Of a stretch of 35,064 nt of DNA, positions 9,240 through 17,590 are shown piece by piece (positions within the stretch are counted from its first letter, which is position 1; the number at the start of each line of letters is the position of its first letter). A model generated the notes under the pieces. It saw only the letters and a list, made by a program, of their open reading frames with translations. It was not told where the DNA came from and did no database searches. This DNA is from an uncultured virus (IMG/VR IMGVR_UViG_3300013121_000021) (Duplodnaviria; Heunggongvirae; Uroviricota; Caudoviricetes). The translations under genes and the position numbers were made by a program. The DNA is taken from IMG/VR virus record IMGVR_UViG_3300013121_000021. One strand, written 5' to 3'.

Positions 9240-9386
9240 AATAACCCCCTTTCTCAAATATTCCATGAGAAAGAGGGTAAAGCATTCATCTCAACCAGAC
9301 GGGTAGGTTTTTAAATGGCATTTTAAAAATAATTTAGCGGTTTCTCCTCGTGCTAAATTTGCCAACTACCCCGGGAGAGCTTTCAA
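9240..9386 (-). ncRNA. Candidate structured small RNA with own promoter and terminator
   Basis: Nested stems GGGTAG/CTACCC, TGGCA/TGCCA, AATTTAGC/GCTAAATT; promoter motif 9391-9404; terminator hairpin 9244-9278. Confidence 0.55.
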
Positions 9387-9468
9387 CTCTATATTATATC
9401 TATATATAAAAAATAAAAACATAAATGGGTACATCCTAAAGATATACCCATTTCTGGTGATAATGAGA

Positions 9469-10104
9469 CTATACGTCGATTGTTGTTCGAGCGTTAATCT
9501 CGGATAAAGCGAAATCTACTTCCTCCATAAAGGAAGAGATCTTCTTATCGATCTCATCGATCTGTTTCTGAATCCCAATAGGATCCAGGAGAGCTGCGCC
9601 ATGTTTGGCGATTCGAGGCGCTGCGATTGCAGCATACTGGTCTTCACTGACCTTCCCCTTCTCGTTACCATAGGCAACTTGAACTGCACGCTCGATTTCT
9701 GCATCGAGTTGAGTATTGGAGTTGGTGATTACCATCTCCGCGCGCATCTTTGCTTGACGAAGATTGGTTAATAGCACTCGATCCATCTCCAAGCTGTTCT
9801 TATATTCGATCGCTTCCGCGATCGTCATTTCGATGTTGTGGATTTTGACCTTGACTGTAGAATTCGCCAGGGTCAATAACCGGCGTAGTTTCAACCGTTC
9901 CTCAATCTTGTCGAGTACTGAGCGAAATTGCGATTGAATCCGTTCTTCCATATCCTTTACGGAAGAAGACGAATTCACTATGATCCGGCTTTCACCATGA
10001 CCTTTCGTCACAGCTACCGGTTCCAACAATTCTATCTCTTTACCGATCGACTTTTTCAGAGTCGAAATCCGGGAAAGGACGCGGGTCAGAGTCATCTCTG
10101 CCAT
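9469..10104 (-). CDS. DIP1984/DUF6847-like coiled-coil protein (211 aa)
   Basis: Motifs AN-x-TV...MTIAEAI and LLDP...EVDFALSEINARTTI; GAGGGG RBS; markedly higher GC than flanks; terminator 9423-9453. Confidence 0.7.
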   Translation of the reverse strand: MAEMTLTRVLSRISTLKKSIGKEIELLEPVAVTKGHGESRIIVNSSSSVKDMEERIQSQFRSVLDKIEERLKLRRLLTLANSTVKVKIHNIEMTIAEAIEYKNSLEMDRVLLTNLRQAKMRAEMVITNSNTQLDAEIERAVQVAYGNEKGKVSEDQYAAIAAPRIAKHGAALLDPIGIQKQIDEIDKKISSFMEEVDFALSEINARTTIDV

Positions 10105-10139
10105 TTCTTATATTCCCCTCTTTGAGTTTTAAGTTTTAA

Positions 10140-10390
10140 CAAGTTAAAAGAAGAAGTATCCATATACCAGCCTCCACGCGGTTTAAGGTCGAATTTACAG
10201 TTCACCTTTTTCACGTCTTCCTGGAGGATTTAATGATCTTTCAGGTTTATAAGTTTAGACTTTAAAGTTTCCCACTTTGAAGTTTTCACCGTTAACCTTT
10301 CGATCTTTCACCTTTATAATTTATAGAGTTTTGAATGCCCGCCAACTCCATATAATTCCTCGTAAGGTTTCATATGTTTCATGGCAATAC
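10140..10390 (-). ncRNA. Candidate RNA with 7-8-nt periodic AAAG/AAAC repeats upstream of the DIP1984-like gene
   Basis: Minus strand ATAAAG GTGAAAG ATCGAAAG GTTAACG GTGAAAA CTTCAAAG TGGGAAA CTTTAAAG TCTAAAC TTATAAAC CTGAAAG, then CCTCCA/TGGAGG stem. Confidence 0.6.
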
Positions 10391-10411
10391 ATGTTTATCT
10401 ATAAATATAGT

Positions 10412-10530
10412 ATGCAATTAAAAGTTGCACCATATAAAGGTAGGCAATGTTTAAACTTATTGATCCCAAAAACATTGCCAAAAATGGGAAGTAAATGTTC
10501 TAAACCTTTCGGTATAGAACACTTCTTCTT
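10412..10530 (-). ncRNA. Candidate three-hairpin small RNA
   Basis: Promoter motif 10537-10549; AAGTGTTCTA..ACC-GAAA-GGT..TAGAACATTT; GGCAATGTTT/AAACATTGCC; TGCAA/TTGCA. Confidence 0.45.
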
Positions 10531-10557
10531 CAAAATAATAATATCTATATAAAATTT

Positions 10558-10839
10558 TTAAAAACGCAAATAATTCTTTAAATCGGATACTTCTAATAGT
10601 TTTTCAGTTTCTACTAAAAAGTAGTATTTTGGTCTTTTATCTTGGGTTTCAACAAAACAAGCATATTCTTCAAAATTGAAAGCAATTGCTGCTGCTGTAA
10701 ATGCGCCGTTATGAATCCAAATTACTAATTTTTTATCTGATGGGATATCTTCATATCTTGGTATTTTATCTAATTTTTCACCTTCTCGATCTAAAAATTC
10801 TTCTTTGGATTCATTCGGTGGGTTGATATATGATCCCAT
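10558..10839 (-). CDS. Hypothetical protein
   Basis: ORF in minus-strand operon. Confidence 0.8.
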   Translation of the reverse strand: MGSYINPPNESKEEFLDREGEKLDKIPRYEDIPSDKKLVIWIHNGAFTAAAIAFNFEEYACFVETQDKRPKYYFLVETEKLLEVSDLKNYLRF

Positions 10840-11302
10840 GTAGTTTTTTCTCTATGTTTAATGGATATTTTAATAAATAATTAATCATTGTTTGTAATTC
10901 TTTTTCCCAAGCAGGTTTAATATCATCTCTAACGGCAAGTTCATTAGTAATATAATAAACAGCAGATTTTAAATAATCTTCAGTATAAAATTTACTAAAT
11001 TCATATTTTTTAAAATGTTTAAATTGAGCATCTAACGGCATAGTATGATTCCATATCATTCTAAGCGTATAGAAAAGATGCCTTGTTTGCATTTCACTTG
11101 GTAAGAAAAAATTTCCTTTTCTATCTCTCCATCTAAATGCTTGTATAATTCTATTTTTTAAAGAAAAATCTTTACAATTAGTGTCTTTAAATGGAAAACT
11201 ATTTAAGTTCATTACACTTGGCCGTTTGATACAAACATAATGCCAAATATTAGATTCTAATTCTTTTAAAAAATGTTTACATTCTTCACATTTATTGGGC
11301 AT
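10811..11302 (-). CDS. Hypothetical protein with N-terminal CxxC (probable start MPNKCEEC)
   Basis: ORF; start moved from 11332 because an upstream small gene occupies that stretch. Confidence 0.75.
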   Translation of the reverse strand: MPNKCEECKHFLKELESNIWHYVCIKRPSVMNLNSFPFKDTNCKDFSLKNRIIQAFRWRDRKGNFFLPSEMQTRHLFYTLRMIWNHTMPLDAQFKHFKKYEFSKFYTEDYLKSAVYYITNELAVRDDIKPAWEKELQTMINYLLKYPLNIEKKLHGIIYQPTE

Positions 11303-11465
11303 CTTTACAGTTGATATGGTATCCACCACCACTATTATAAGTTATATTAATTTCTTTATGTAAAGAGGTGCAATTTTCAGCAGCAGCTTTTACCATTTCA
11401 TCACTTGGAGGTTCAACACAAGCTAATAATAAACAACTGATAAAAAATATAGAAATTATTTTCAT
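11292..11465 (-). CDS. Small putative lipoprotein (57 aa, not in ORF track)
   Basis: MKIISIFFISCLLLAC lipobox; fills the gap with ATGA coupling to the upstream gene. Confidence 0.7.
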   Translation of the reverse strand: MKIISIFFISCLLLACVEPPSDEMVKAAAENCTSLHKEINITYNSGGGYHINCKDAQ

Positions 11466-11725
11466 ATTTTAAAATCACTTAAATAGATAAATTCATATGT
11501 GAAAATAGTTTTTATACTATGTTCTGAAATATCTTTTTCAAATCTATATACTACTAAACATGGGAAATATATAGGTATATTATTCTTTAAAATTTGCCTC
11601 TGTTGTAATTCAATTCGTTTACCAATATGACCATGACTATCGCAATATTTAACATGGCTAACCCATTTTAAATATTGATGTTCAGACTTTACCAGTTTTT
11701 TTAACATCGATAAAAAATGGTGCAA
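11462..11725 (-). CDS. Hypothetical protein
   Basis: ORF in operon. Confidence 0.65.
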   Translation of the reverse strand: MHHFLSMLKKLVKSEHQYLKWVSHVKYCDSHGHIGKRIELQQRQILKNNIPIYFPCLVVYRFEKDISEHSIKTIFTYEFIYLSDFKI

Positions 11726-12005
11726 TACTAAAATTAATATTCCTATATAATTCAGTTAGTGATTTATAACATTTATGTTTTGGTACTGGTTCAATTGGAT
11801 CTAATATATATTTCCAATTATCTAATCTTAATATTATTTCTTTTAAAATAGAAATAATCTCATCAATTGATTTACAAAAGAAATTTGATAAAAGATCAAT
11901 TTCTACATATGAATTGGATGCACATTCTTCTGCGATAAATCTTATCTCATTTTCATGTGGTAAAGTACAAAGGAATGCCCAGGTTTTACTTGATTCATAA
12001 TCCAT
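11682..12005 (-). CDS. Hypothetical protein, paralog of 15543-15863
   Basis: YES-x-KTWAFLCT and NW-x-Y-x-LDPIE-x-x-PKHK shared with paralog. Confidence 0.8.
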   Translation of the reverse strand: MDYESSKTWAFLCTLPHENEIRFIAEECASNSYVEIDLLSNFFCKSIDEIISILKEIILRLDNWKYILDPIEPVPKHKCYKSLTELYRNINFSIAPFFIDVKKTGKV

Positions 12006-12291
12006 CTTCTCCACCATTATTTATCCAATCATCAGTTTCTATATCCCAATGCCTACTATCATATATTTTAAAATCAAAATTCAATCCAAATAATCCTATT
12101 TCTAATTTAGGACCAGCATGATCATGTCCTTCATAATCAGTAGAAATAGTTATTTCTAAAAGATAATAACTATATTTATAAAATTCTATACAAATATTTT
12201 TATTTTTTGTAAGTCGAAATTCTTTACAAAATATACCTTCAAATTTATCTTTTGTAAAAGGGTTTCGAATTGATATATTAATATTAAACAT
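11995..12291 (-). CDS. Hypothetical phage protein
   Basis: ORF with DHAGP...YDSRHWD motif. Confidence 0.75.
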   Translation of the reverse strand: MFNINISIRNPFTKDKFEGIFCKEFRLTKNKNICIEFYKYSYYLLEITISTDYEGHDHAGPKLEIGLFGLNFDFKIYDSRHWDIETDDWINNGGEDGL

Positions 12292-12292
12292 T

Positions 12293-12619
12293 TTAATTAA
12301 AAACTCTTGAATCGTCTACTAAAACTTCACCAGCTCCCAATAATTTATATTTTTCTTGGCAGATTGGGTCATTTATAAAATTAACTTCATTCCCTTCAGG
12401 ATCTATAAAATAAACATCTTTTAAAAATTCTTCTTCTAACCATTGTAAAAACATTGGATTTACTGTATGTAAAACAGTAGATATTTGAAATTTATAAAAA
12501 TTAGCTAATGCATTAACTGTAGTTTCATATGAATAACCAAATGCTTCTAAATATTGACTAAAAGTTTCATCGATATTGACATATGAAGTTTTAGGTATTC
12601 TTCCAAAATATATTTTCAT
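12293..12619 (-). CDS. Hypothetical protein
   Basis: ORF, translationally coupled. Confidence 0.75.
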   Translation of the reverse strand: MKIYFGRIPKTSYVNIDETFSQYLEAFGYSYETTVNALANFYKFQISTVLHTVNPMFLQWLEEEFLKDVYFIDPEGNEVNFINDPICQEKYKLLGAGEVLVDDSRVFN

Positions 12620-12882
12620 TTTTTAAGTTCTTCTATTTGTTTTTCATAATGTTTAATAGTATTTTCCCACTTATTAATTGTATCTCTCCAATTTGACATT
12701 ATTTCTACTATAATAAGACCAAATACAATTACTATTATTGAAAGTAAATCTATTATAAAATGTAATGAAACAAGATTATCTGATAATGAAGTCGTTATAA
12801 TATTTATTAATATTGCAATATTTAAAAAATTAATAATATATTTTAATTTATTTGTTGTATCTTTGGACTGAATTTTCCACAT
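12616..12882 (-). CDS. Small membrane protein (two hydrophobic segments)
   Basis: Hydrophobic stretches followed by short coiled coil. Confidence 0.7.
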   Translation of the reverse strand: MWKIQSKDTTNKLKYIINFLNIAILINIITTSLSDNLVSLHFIIDLLSIIVIVFGLIIVEIMSNWRDTINKWENTIKHYEKQIEELKK

Positions 12883-13151
12883 ATAAATTGCTGTCTCATT
12901 AATTCAATTGCAGGCGTTGGCCATGGAGTATAATTTTTTGGATCATAATTTTCTTTATTTAAACGGCGTTCTCTAATTGTTTTAGCACGACATTTAACAC
13001 ATCCTGTATAATTTTTAAGATTATAAATTGATGCATATTTTAATTTTCGTTGGTGTTCACAATTATTACATTTTACAATCCAATAATTATTTTCTAATTT
13101 TTCTAATACTGTTGAATTACCAAAAATATCACCAATATTAATTCCTGCCAT
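12843..13151 (-). CDS. Zn-binding protein resembling the N-terminal module of HNH homing endonucleases
   Basis: GDIFGNSTVLE...WIVKCNNC...GCVKC pattern; no HNH core seen. Confidence 0.6.
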   Translation of the reverse strand: MAGINIGDIFGNSTVLEKLENNYWIVKCNNCEHQRKLKYASIYNLKNYTGCVKCRAKTIRERRLNKENYDPKNYTPWPTPAIELMRQQFICGKFSPKIQQIN

Positions 13152-13393
13152 TATTCACCTATTTCTTCAATACATATTTGTGCAGCTAATTCTAAAATAT
13201 CTTTTACGTGTTCATTAATAAAGCGTTGTTCAGCTATATTGACAAATTGCATTCTAACAGCACTTCGTTCACTTGAATCAGCTGCTGAACCATGATATAA
13301 TCTAGTTTGATCATAATTAGTTGCAGTTTTTATAAATTCAGCATCTTGTTTATATAATTCAGCTTCTCTTCGGTATCTTTCTTTTAATGTCAT
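13151..13393 (-). CDS. Hypothetical protein
   Basis: ORF in operon. Confidence 0.75.
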   Translation of the reverse strand: MTLKERYRREAELYKQDAEFIKTATNYDQTRLYHGSAADSSERSAVRMQFVNIAEQRFINEHVKDILELAAQICIEEIGE

Positions 13394-13395
13394 TT

Positions 13396-13563
13396 TTAAT
13401 CATCCATTGGATTAGTTTCTTCATCTCCTAATATCCATCGAATAGCACTTTCTACACCTTCTTCATAACTCATACCAGGAAATTTACTTTTTGATTTATC
13501 AATATTATCAGAACATTTATTAAGAACTTCATTAATTTCTTGTTCAGATGGATAAATTTGCAT
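13396..13563 (-). CDS. Hypothetical protein (probable start MQIYPS)
   Basis: GAGG RBS; FPGMSYEEGV motif. Confidence 0.75.
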   Translation of the reverse strand: MQIYPSEQEINEVLNKCSDNIDKSKSKFPGMSYEEGVESAIRWILGDEETNPMDD

Positions 13564-13753
13564 TATATTGTTCCTCAGATTGCGAATTAGTAATTTCAAA
13601 TTGAACCCATTCTCTTAATTCTTCAGCAAGAATTTTATCAGTAGATTCAATTTTATCAGCAAACATTAACATTGCAGCACGAGAAGCTTCAGCAAATGGA
13701 TGGTTTTTCTTTCCGGCTGGTTTCAAAACAAAATATTTCATTTTTAGAGGCAT
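13544..13753 (-). CDS. Hypothetical protein
   Basis: AGGAGGAG RBS. Confidence 0.75.
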   Translation of the reverse strand: MPLKMKYFVLKPAGKKNHPFAEASRAAMLMFADKIESTDKILAEELREWVQFEITNSQSEEQYNANLSI

Positions 13754-13776
13754 ATTACTCCCTCCTACGATTTTTA

Positions 13777-13989
13777 TTATGTATCTTGTTCTAATATATG
13801 AACTTCTATATTTTTAATTTTTTCTTTTATAATTTCATCTGAAATATCTAATTTATCTTGTAAATGAAAATTTTGTGTTATAACTTTTACACCAAAAGAT
13901 TCTAAAAATCTTTTGATTACAACTACTATATATGATTTTTTTGAATGAACATGTCCTTGTACAGTAATGATTATATACATAAAAACCAA
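13777..13989 (-). CDS. Hypothetical protein
   Basis: ORF in operon. Confidence 0.6.
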   Translation of the reverse strand: MVFMYIIITVQGHVHSKKSYIVVVIKRFLESFGVKVITQNFHLQDKLDISDEIIKEKIKNIEVHILEQDT

Positions 13990-14417
13990 GAAAAAAATTT
14001 TTTAAAAATATTTGTTTTCTTTTTCTCTTCTTGTAATTTTGTCTGGTAATCTATTGCAACTAATGCTTCAAGCATACCTACAGGTATTCCTTGTCGTATT
14101 TTATCACTTATTTCTTCAATATATTGTTTACTTTCTTCAATATATTTTTTATAAATTTCTAAAACTACTGCTTTTCGACGAGTAGTATTTTTATCCATTT
14201 TATAATCATAGAAAAATTCAAGAGTGTTGCCTGCGCATATACTATCATCATACCATTTAATATTTATATTTCGAATTGTTTCTAATTCAAAACAATCTGA
14301 ATTATTTTTTAAAGGATTCCAATATCCATCATCAGTACATTTTGTTCCATCTTCCAAAGTAGAATTATATTTAATCTTTGCAATTTTAGCTGCCGCCTCT
14401 ATTAATTCTTTATCCAT
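13971..14417 (-). CDS. Hypothetical phage protein (WNPL motif; probable start MDKEL)
   Basis: ORF with ELIEAAAK...WNPL...RKAVV pattern. Confidence 0.75.
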   Translation of the reverse strand: MDKELIEAAAKIAKIKYNSTLEDGTKCTDDGYWNPLKNNSDCFELETIRNINIKWYDDSICAGNTLEFFYDYKMDKNTTRRKAVVLEIYKKYIEESKQYIEEISDKIRQGIPVGMLEALVAIDYQTKLQEEKKKTNIFKKFFSWFLCI

Positions 14418-14586
14418 TATTTTCAATCTCAATATTTTCCCATTGACTATTAATATATCGGGTTGGAGAATCTGCTACAGAAACATCAAATAAATCTATA
14501 ACTCCTTCATCAGCTGCTCGTTTATCAGCATCTGATATTTGAGGAACTAAAACTGAATTACCATCTTCAAAAATAATTAAATACAT
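14410..14586 (-). CDS. Hypothetical protein (58 aa, not in ORF track)
   Basis: MYLIIFEDG... fills the gap between neighbours. Confidence 0.65.
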   Translation of the reverse strand: MYLIIFEDGNSVLVPQISDADKRAADEGVIDLFDVSVADSPTRYINSQWENIEIENNG

Positions 14587-14591
14587 ATGGT

Positions 14592-14792
14592 TTAATTAGA
14601 TAAAGGATCAATATTATGAATTATATAATGGTTAGTTTTACTATCCATTTCATATACTTGAATTTTTATTCCATTTTCATCAAATATATCAATAAAATCT
14701 TGGTTTAATTGTATTGCATCTTTAATATTAAAGAAAATTCTATTAGGAGAATCACCATTACTTGGTATAAAGTATTTACCTGGATTATTCAT
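14592..14792 (-). CDS. Hypothetical protein
   Basis: ORF, probable start MNNPG. Confidence 0.65.
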   Translation of the reverse strand: MNNPGKYFIPSNGDSPNRIFFNIKDAIQLNQDFIDIFDENGIKIQVYEMDSKTNHYIIHNIDPLSN

Positions 14793-14909
14793 AACTTTAA
14801 GTATAGTGGGCAAAGCTGGGAGCTACCCAGCTTATACCATTATTATATAATAACAATCCTATTTAGAATTATTTTATACAATAAGTAGTTGCCCATAAAC
14901 TATTATAAG

Positions 14910-15007
14910 TGGAGTGGGGTGGGCTAGGCGCGACCTAGCTTTTAACCGCCATTAACGTGCTGACAACCCTACATGGTGATCGCCCTCCGTAATGGTCAGC
15001 CACCCCA
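14910..15007 (-). ncRNA. tRNA-like RNA (~98 nt), no clear anticodon arm
   Basis: Acceptor-like GGGGTGG/CCACCCC, adjacent hairpin GCTAGG-TCGCG-CCTAGC, 3' end ...ACTCCA. Confidence 0.55.
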
Positions 15008-15020
15008 TAAACTTTATGAT

Positions 15021-15120
15021 TGGAGCAGATCGTACGCTACCACGATTTTACTCTCTTAATCTTTTCAAGTACCGTTTATAAGACGGATGTCATTAAGACT
15101 TCAATTAAGATGCATGCTCC
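15021..15120 (-). tRNA. Atypical tRNA-like RNA with TAT (Ile, AUA-reading) anticodon loop
   Basis: GGAGCA/TGCTCC-A acceptor; CCGT-CTTATAA-ACGG anticodon arm; non-canonical T arm ATCGT-GGTAGCGT-ACGAT; long extra region. Confidence 0.45.
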
Positions 15121-15130
15121 ATAAAATCTT

Positions 15131-15550
15131 TTATACTCTTTCGTGTGCTTGAATTAAATTATTCAAGATAGCATCTTTTCGTTCTTCTGTTAAAATAGTT
15201 GCCGTTACCATTGCAGACAAACTATCAATTACAGATTGTAAACCAAGGTCTACATATTCTGCAGTTGCAAGATCATCTAACCAAACTTGCATAGTGATAT
15301 TTTGAGCAGCAGCCGTATAAATAGCAACTTTCTCCTCTATTGTAAATCTATTGCGAAAGGCAAACTTTGTAATGAGTTTATAATTAGGTGGAAAAAATCC
15401 AGGGTCACCTACATTTTCTCCAGAATATACATCTGGAACTCCTGTTATATTTAAATAAGTAACTCCCTCCATTGGTTCATAATCACCAGGTAAACCTGGA
15501 ACAATATTAATTACTTGACCATTTACATCAACTAATGCAGTTCTATTCAT
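15131..15550 (-). CDS. Phage protein resembling tail-fibre-associated small proteins
   Basis: ITKFAFRNRFT-x-EEK-x-AIY...YVDL motif recalled from genes beside tail fibres. Confidence 0.6.
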   Translation of the reverse strand: MNRTALVDVNGQVINIVPGLPGDYEPMEGVTYLNITGVPDVYSGENVGDPGFFPPNYKLITKFAFRNRFTIEEKVAIYTAAAQNITMQVWLDDLATAEYVDLGLQSVIDSLSAMVTATILTEERKDAILNNLIQAHERV

Positions 15551-15863
15551 TTTTAACTCTCTTTATATAATCAAATTTTACTAATTCATCATATAATTCT
15601 TTAGAAATTTGATCTAATGGTTTTAAATATTTGTGTTTTGGTAATGTTTCAATTGGATCCAAAACATAATTCCAATTTTTAATTCTATCTAATATTTCCT
15701 GGCAAATAATTTTAATATCATCAATTGATTTATTAAGAAGCTCAGATATTTCTTCTAAATCAATTATTGAATTCATTGCACAATGAGAAGCAATCCCATG
15801 GATTTCAGAATCTTCCAACATTGTACATAAAAATGCCCATGTTTTTTCAGATTCATAACTCAT
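15543..15863 (-). CDS. Hypothetical protein, paralog of 11682-12005
   Basis: Shared motifs with paralog. Confidence 0.8.
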   Translation of the reverse strand: MSYESEKTWAFLCTMLEDSEIHGIASHCAMNSIIDLEEISELLNKSIDDIKIICQEILDRIKNWNYVLDPIETLPKHKYLKPLDQISKELYDELVKFDYIKRVKNE

Positions 15864-15865
15864 AA

Positions 15866-16246
15866 TTAAACCTTCTTAATCATTTTACGGTTCATAAATT
15901 TTTTAGCTATTCTACGTTTAAAATGTAATGTAGCTAATTGATTAGTCATAATACAATCAGAAGGATATATAACCTGGTAATGAGGAAATTTTTCTTCATG
16001 TGTAAAAGAAATTATAGATCCATATAAATCAGATTTCTTTTTTAAATATAAAATATCAACTCTTAACCATGATTTTTCATGATGATAAAAACCTTCTTCA
16101 TCATAAATTTTAGTCATGTCATAATCATATCTTATATCTTCTAATAATTTAAAAGATATAAGACTTTTATTTAACGTATTAAAAGTCCAAAATACTTTTC
16201 CTTTTTTAAGATGCTTTAATTTAACTTCAGAAAGTGGTTTGTTCAT
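15866..16246 (-). CDS. Hypothetical protein
   Basis: ORF in operon. Confidence 0.75.
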   Translation of the reverse strand: MNKPLSEVKLKHLKKGKVFWTFNTLNKSLISFKLLEDIRYDYDMTKIYDEEGFYHHEKSWLRVDILYLKKKSDLYGSIISFTHEEKFPHYQVIYPSDCIMTNQLATLHFKRRIAKKFMNRKMIKKV

Positions 16247-16248
16247 AT

Positions 16249-16557
16249 TTAAAAAATAATTGATGAAACTTGTGAAATTATTTCAATATTATTATTTTCA
16301 ATATGTTTTACTGCTTCATATTCATCATAAAATATAGGAGGATCTGCAATTATAAATAAATCCGATAATCTATCAGGTTGTAATAAAGTAATATCTGAAG
16401 GTTCATTTCTTTTTAAAGATATATGATTAAATTTAGTTTGAATTTTTAACGGTGGTGGAGTATTTGGAGGACTTTTAACCCATTCATATGCTTCTTCATC
16501 AATAAAGAAACATTCAGTTATTCTTGAATTAGATAATATTACAAAATGTAATTTCAT
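16249..16557 (-). CDS. Hypothetical protein
   Basis: ORF in operon. Confidence 0.75.
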   Translation of the reverse strand: MKLHFVILSNSRITECFFIDEEAYEWVKSPPNTPPPLKIQTKFNHISLKRNEPSDITLLQPDRLSDLFIIADPPIFYDEYEAVKHIENNNIEIISQVSSIIF

Positions 16558-17075
16558 TAGAAATCAGATATATTTTCAGTTGCTTGACATTTATGAAATA
16601 ATAATTCCCATTCGTCCAATAATTCAATATATTCGGGTTTTAATTTATCTATTATTATATCTAAATAATTTATTATTGGTTTATAAACAGAATTAACTGT
16701 GTTTCCCGTTCCAAAAGAAGGGAAGAAATTTTTTGTTCTATCAATATAATACATCATTTCAATTATATAATTTGATATCTCACCTTTTCTTTTTGGAGAT
16801 ATATAATATATTGTTTTAGTTAATTCTTCTTTAATATCAATTGTTTTTTTTACTTTTTCAAAAATTTTTAGTAATTGATGTTCTACATCTTTTTTCTTTT
16901 TATCTAAAAATTCAAGATCATTTTTACAAACTATACATTTGTAAATTGGTTTATCTAATACTTTTGGCCTTAAATCATAAACAGGTGCAATAAAAATAGG
17001 TAATATAGTCCCTAAAACAATTTCTGCTTCGATGGGTTTTATTTTACCTATTTGTGATATTAAATGATTATTCAT
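16557..17075 (-). CDS. Hypothetical protein
   Basis: ORF in operon. Confidence 0.75.
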   Translation of the reverse strand: MNNHLISQIGKIKPIEAEIVLGTILPIFIAPVYDLRPKVLDKPIYKCIVCKNDLEFLDKKKKDVEHQLLKIFEKVKKTIDIKEELTKTIYYISPKRKGEISNYIIEMMYYIDRTKNFFPSFGTGNTVNSVYKPIINYLDIIIDKLKPEYIELLDEWELLFHKCQATENISDF

Positions 17076-17484
17076 AATTAGTAAATTGAATTTCTAATTC
17101 ATGAAAAAATTCATTATTCCATTTAGTCTTATAATCCGTTATAATTATTATTTTAGATTTTTGTTCTAAATATTTAATCAACTTATAACTAGTTCCTTCT
17201 CTAGCATTTAATGAAACAATACTATCCTTATAAATATTTTTAAGATAGAGATAAATACCTCTTAATTGTTTAAAATTTAATGGTAAAATTGATGCAAAAT
17301 CAATTATTGTTGTTGGTGTTGTTATCAAATAACCAGTCTTCCAGAATTTTATTTTTATTCTTTCATCCTCACAATACTGTTTTAAATGTTCAAATGAATC
17401 AATATCTTCCATCATCCTAAACTCTTTAGGATAAATAGAAGATTCCAAATTCCTAATTTTTTGAATTAATGATTTACGATACAT
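17068..17484 (-). CDS. Hypothetical protein, possibly GNAT-like fold
   Basis: E-x-x-IYP...DFAS...AREGTSY motifs; fold is a tentative recollection. Confidence 0.55.
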   Translation of the reverse strand: MYRKSLIQKIRNLESSIYPKEFRMMEDIDSFEHLKQYCEDERIKIKFWKTGYLITTPTTIIDFASILPLNFKQLRGIYLYLKNIYKDSIVSLNAREGTSYKLIKYLEQKSKIIIITDYKTKWNNEFFHELEIQFTNYE

Positions 17485-17543
17485 TTTTTTAAAAAAAGCA
17501 TTTAATATTATTATATAATATCTTTATATTTTTCAGAAAAAGA

Positions 17544-17556
17544 TATAGATATTACA
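17544..17556 (+). promoter_or_regulatory. Putative phage promoter TATAGATATTACA
   Basis: Recurrent motif upstream of ORF 17591. Confidence 0.6.
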
Positions 17557-17590
17557 TAATATTAATTAAAAAATTCTGAGGAGAATTAAA

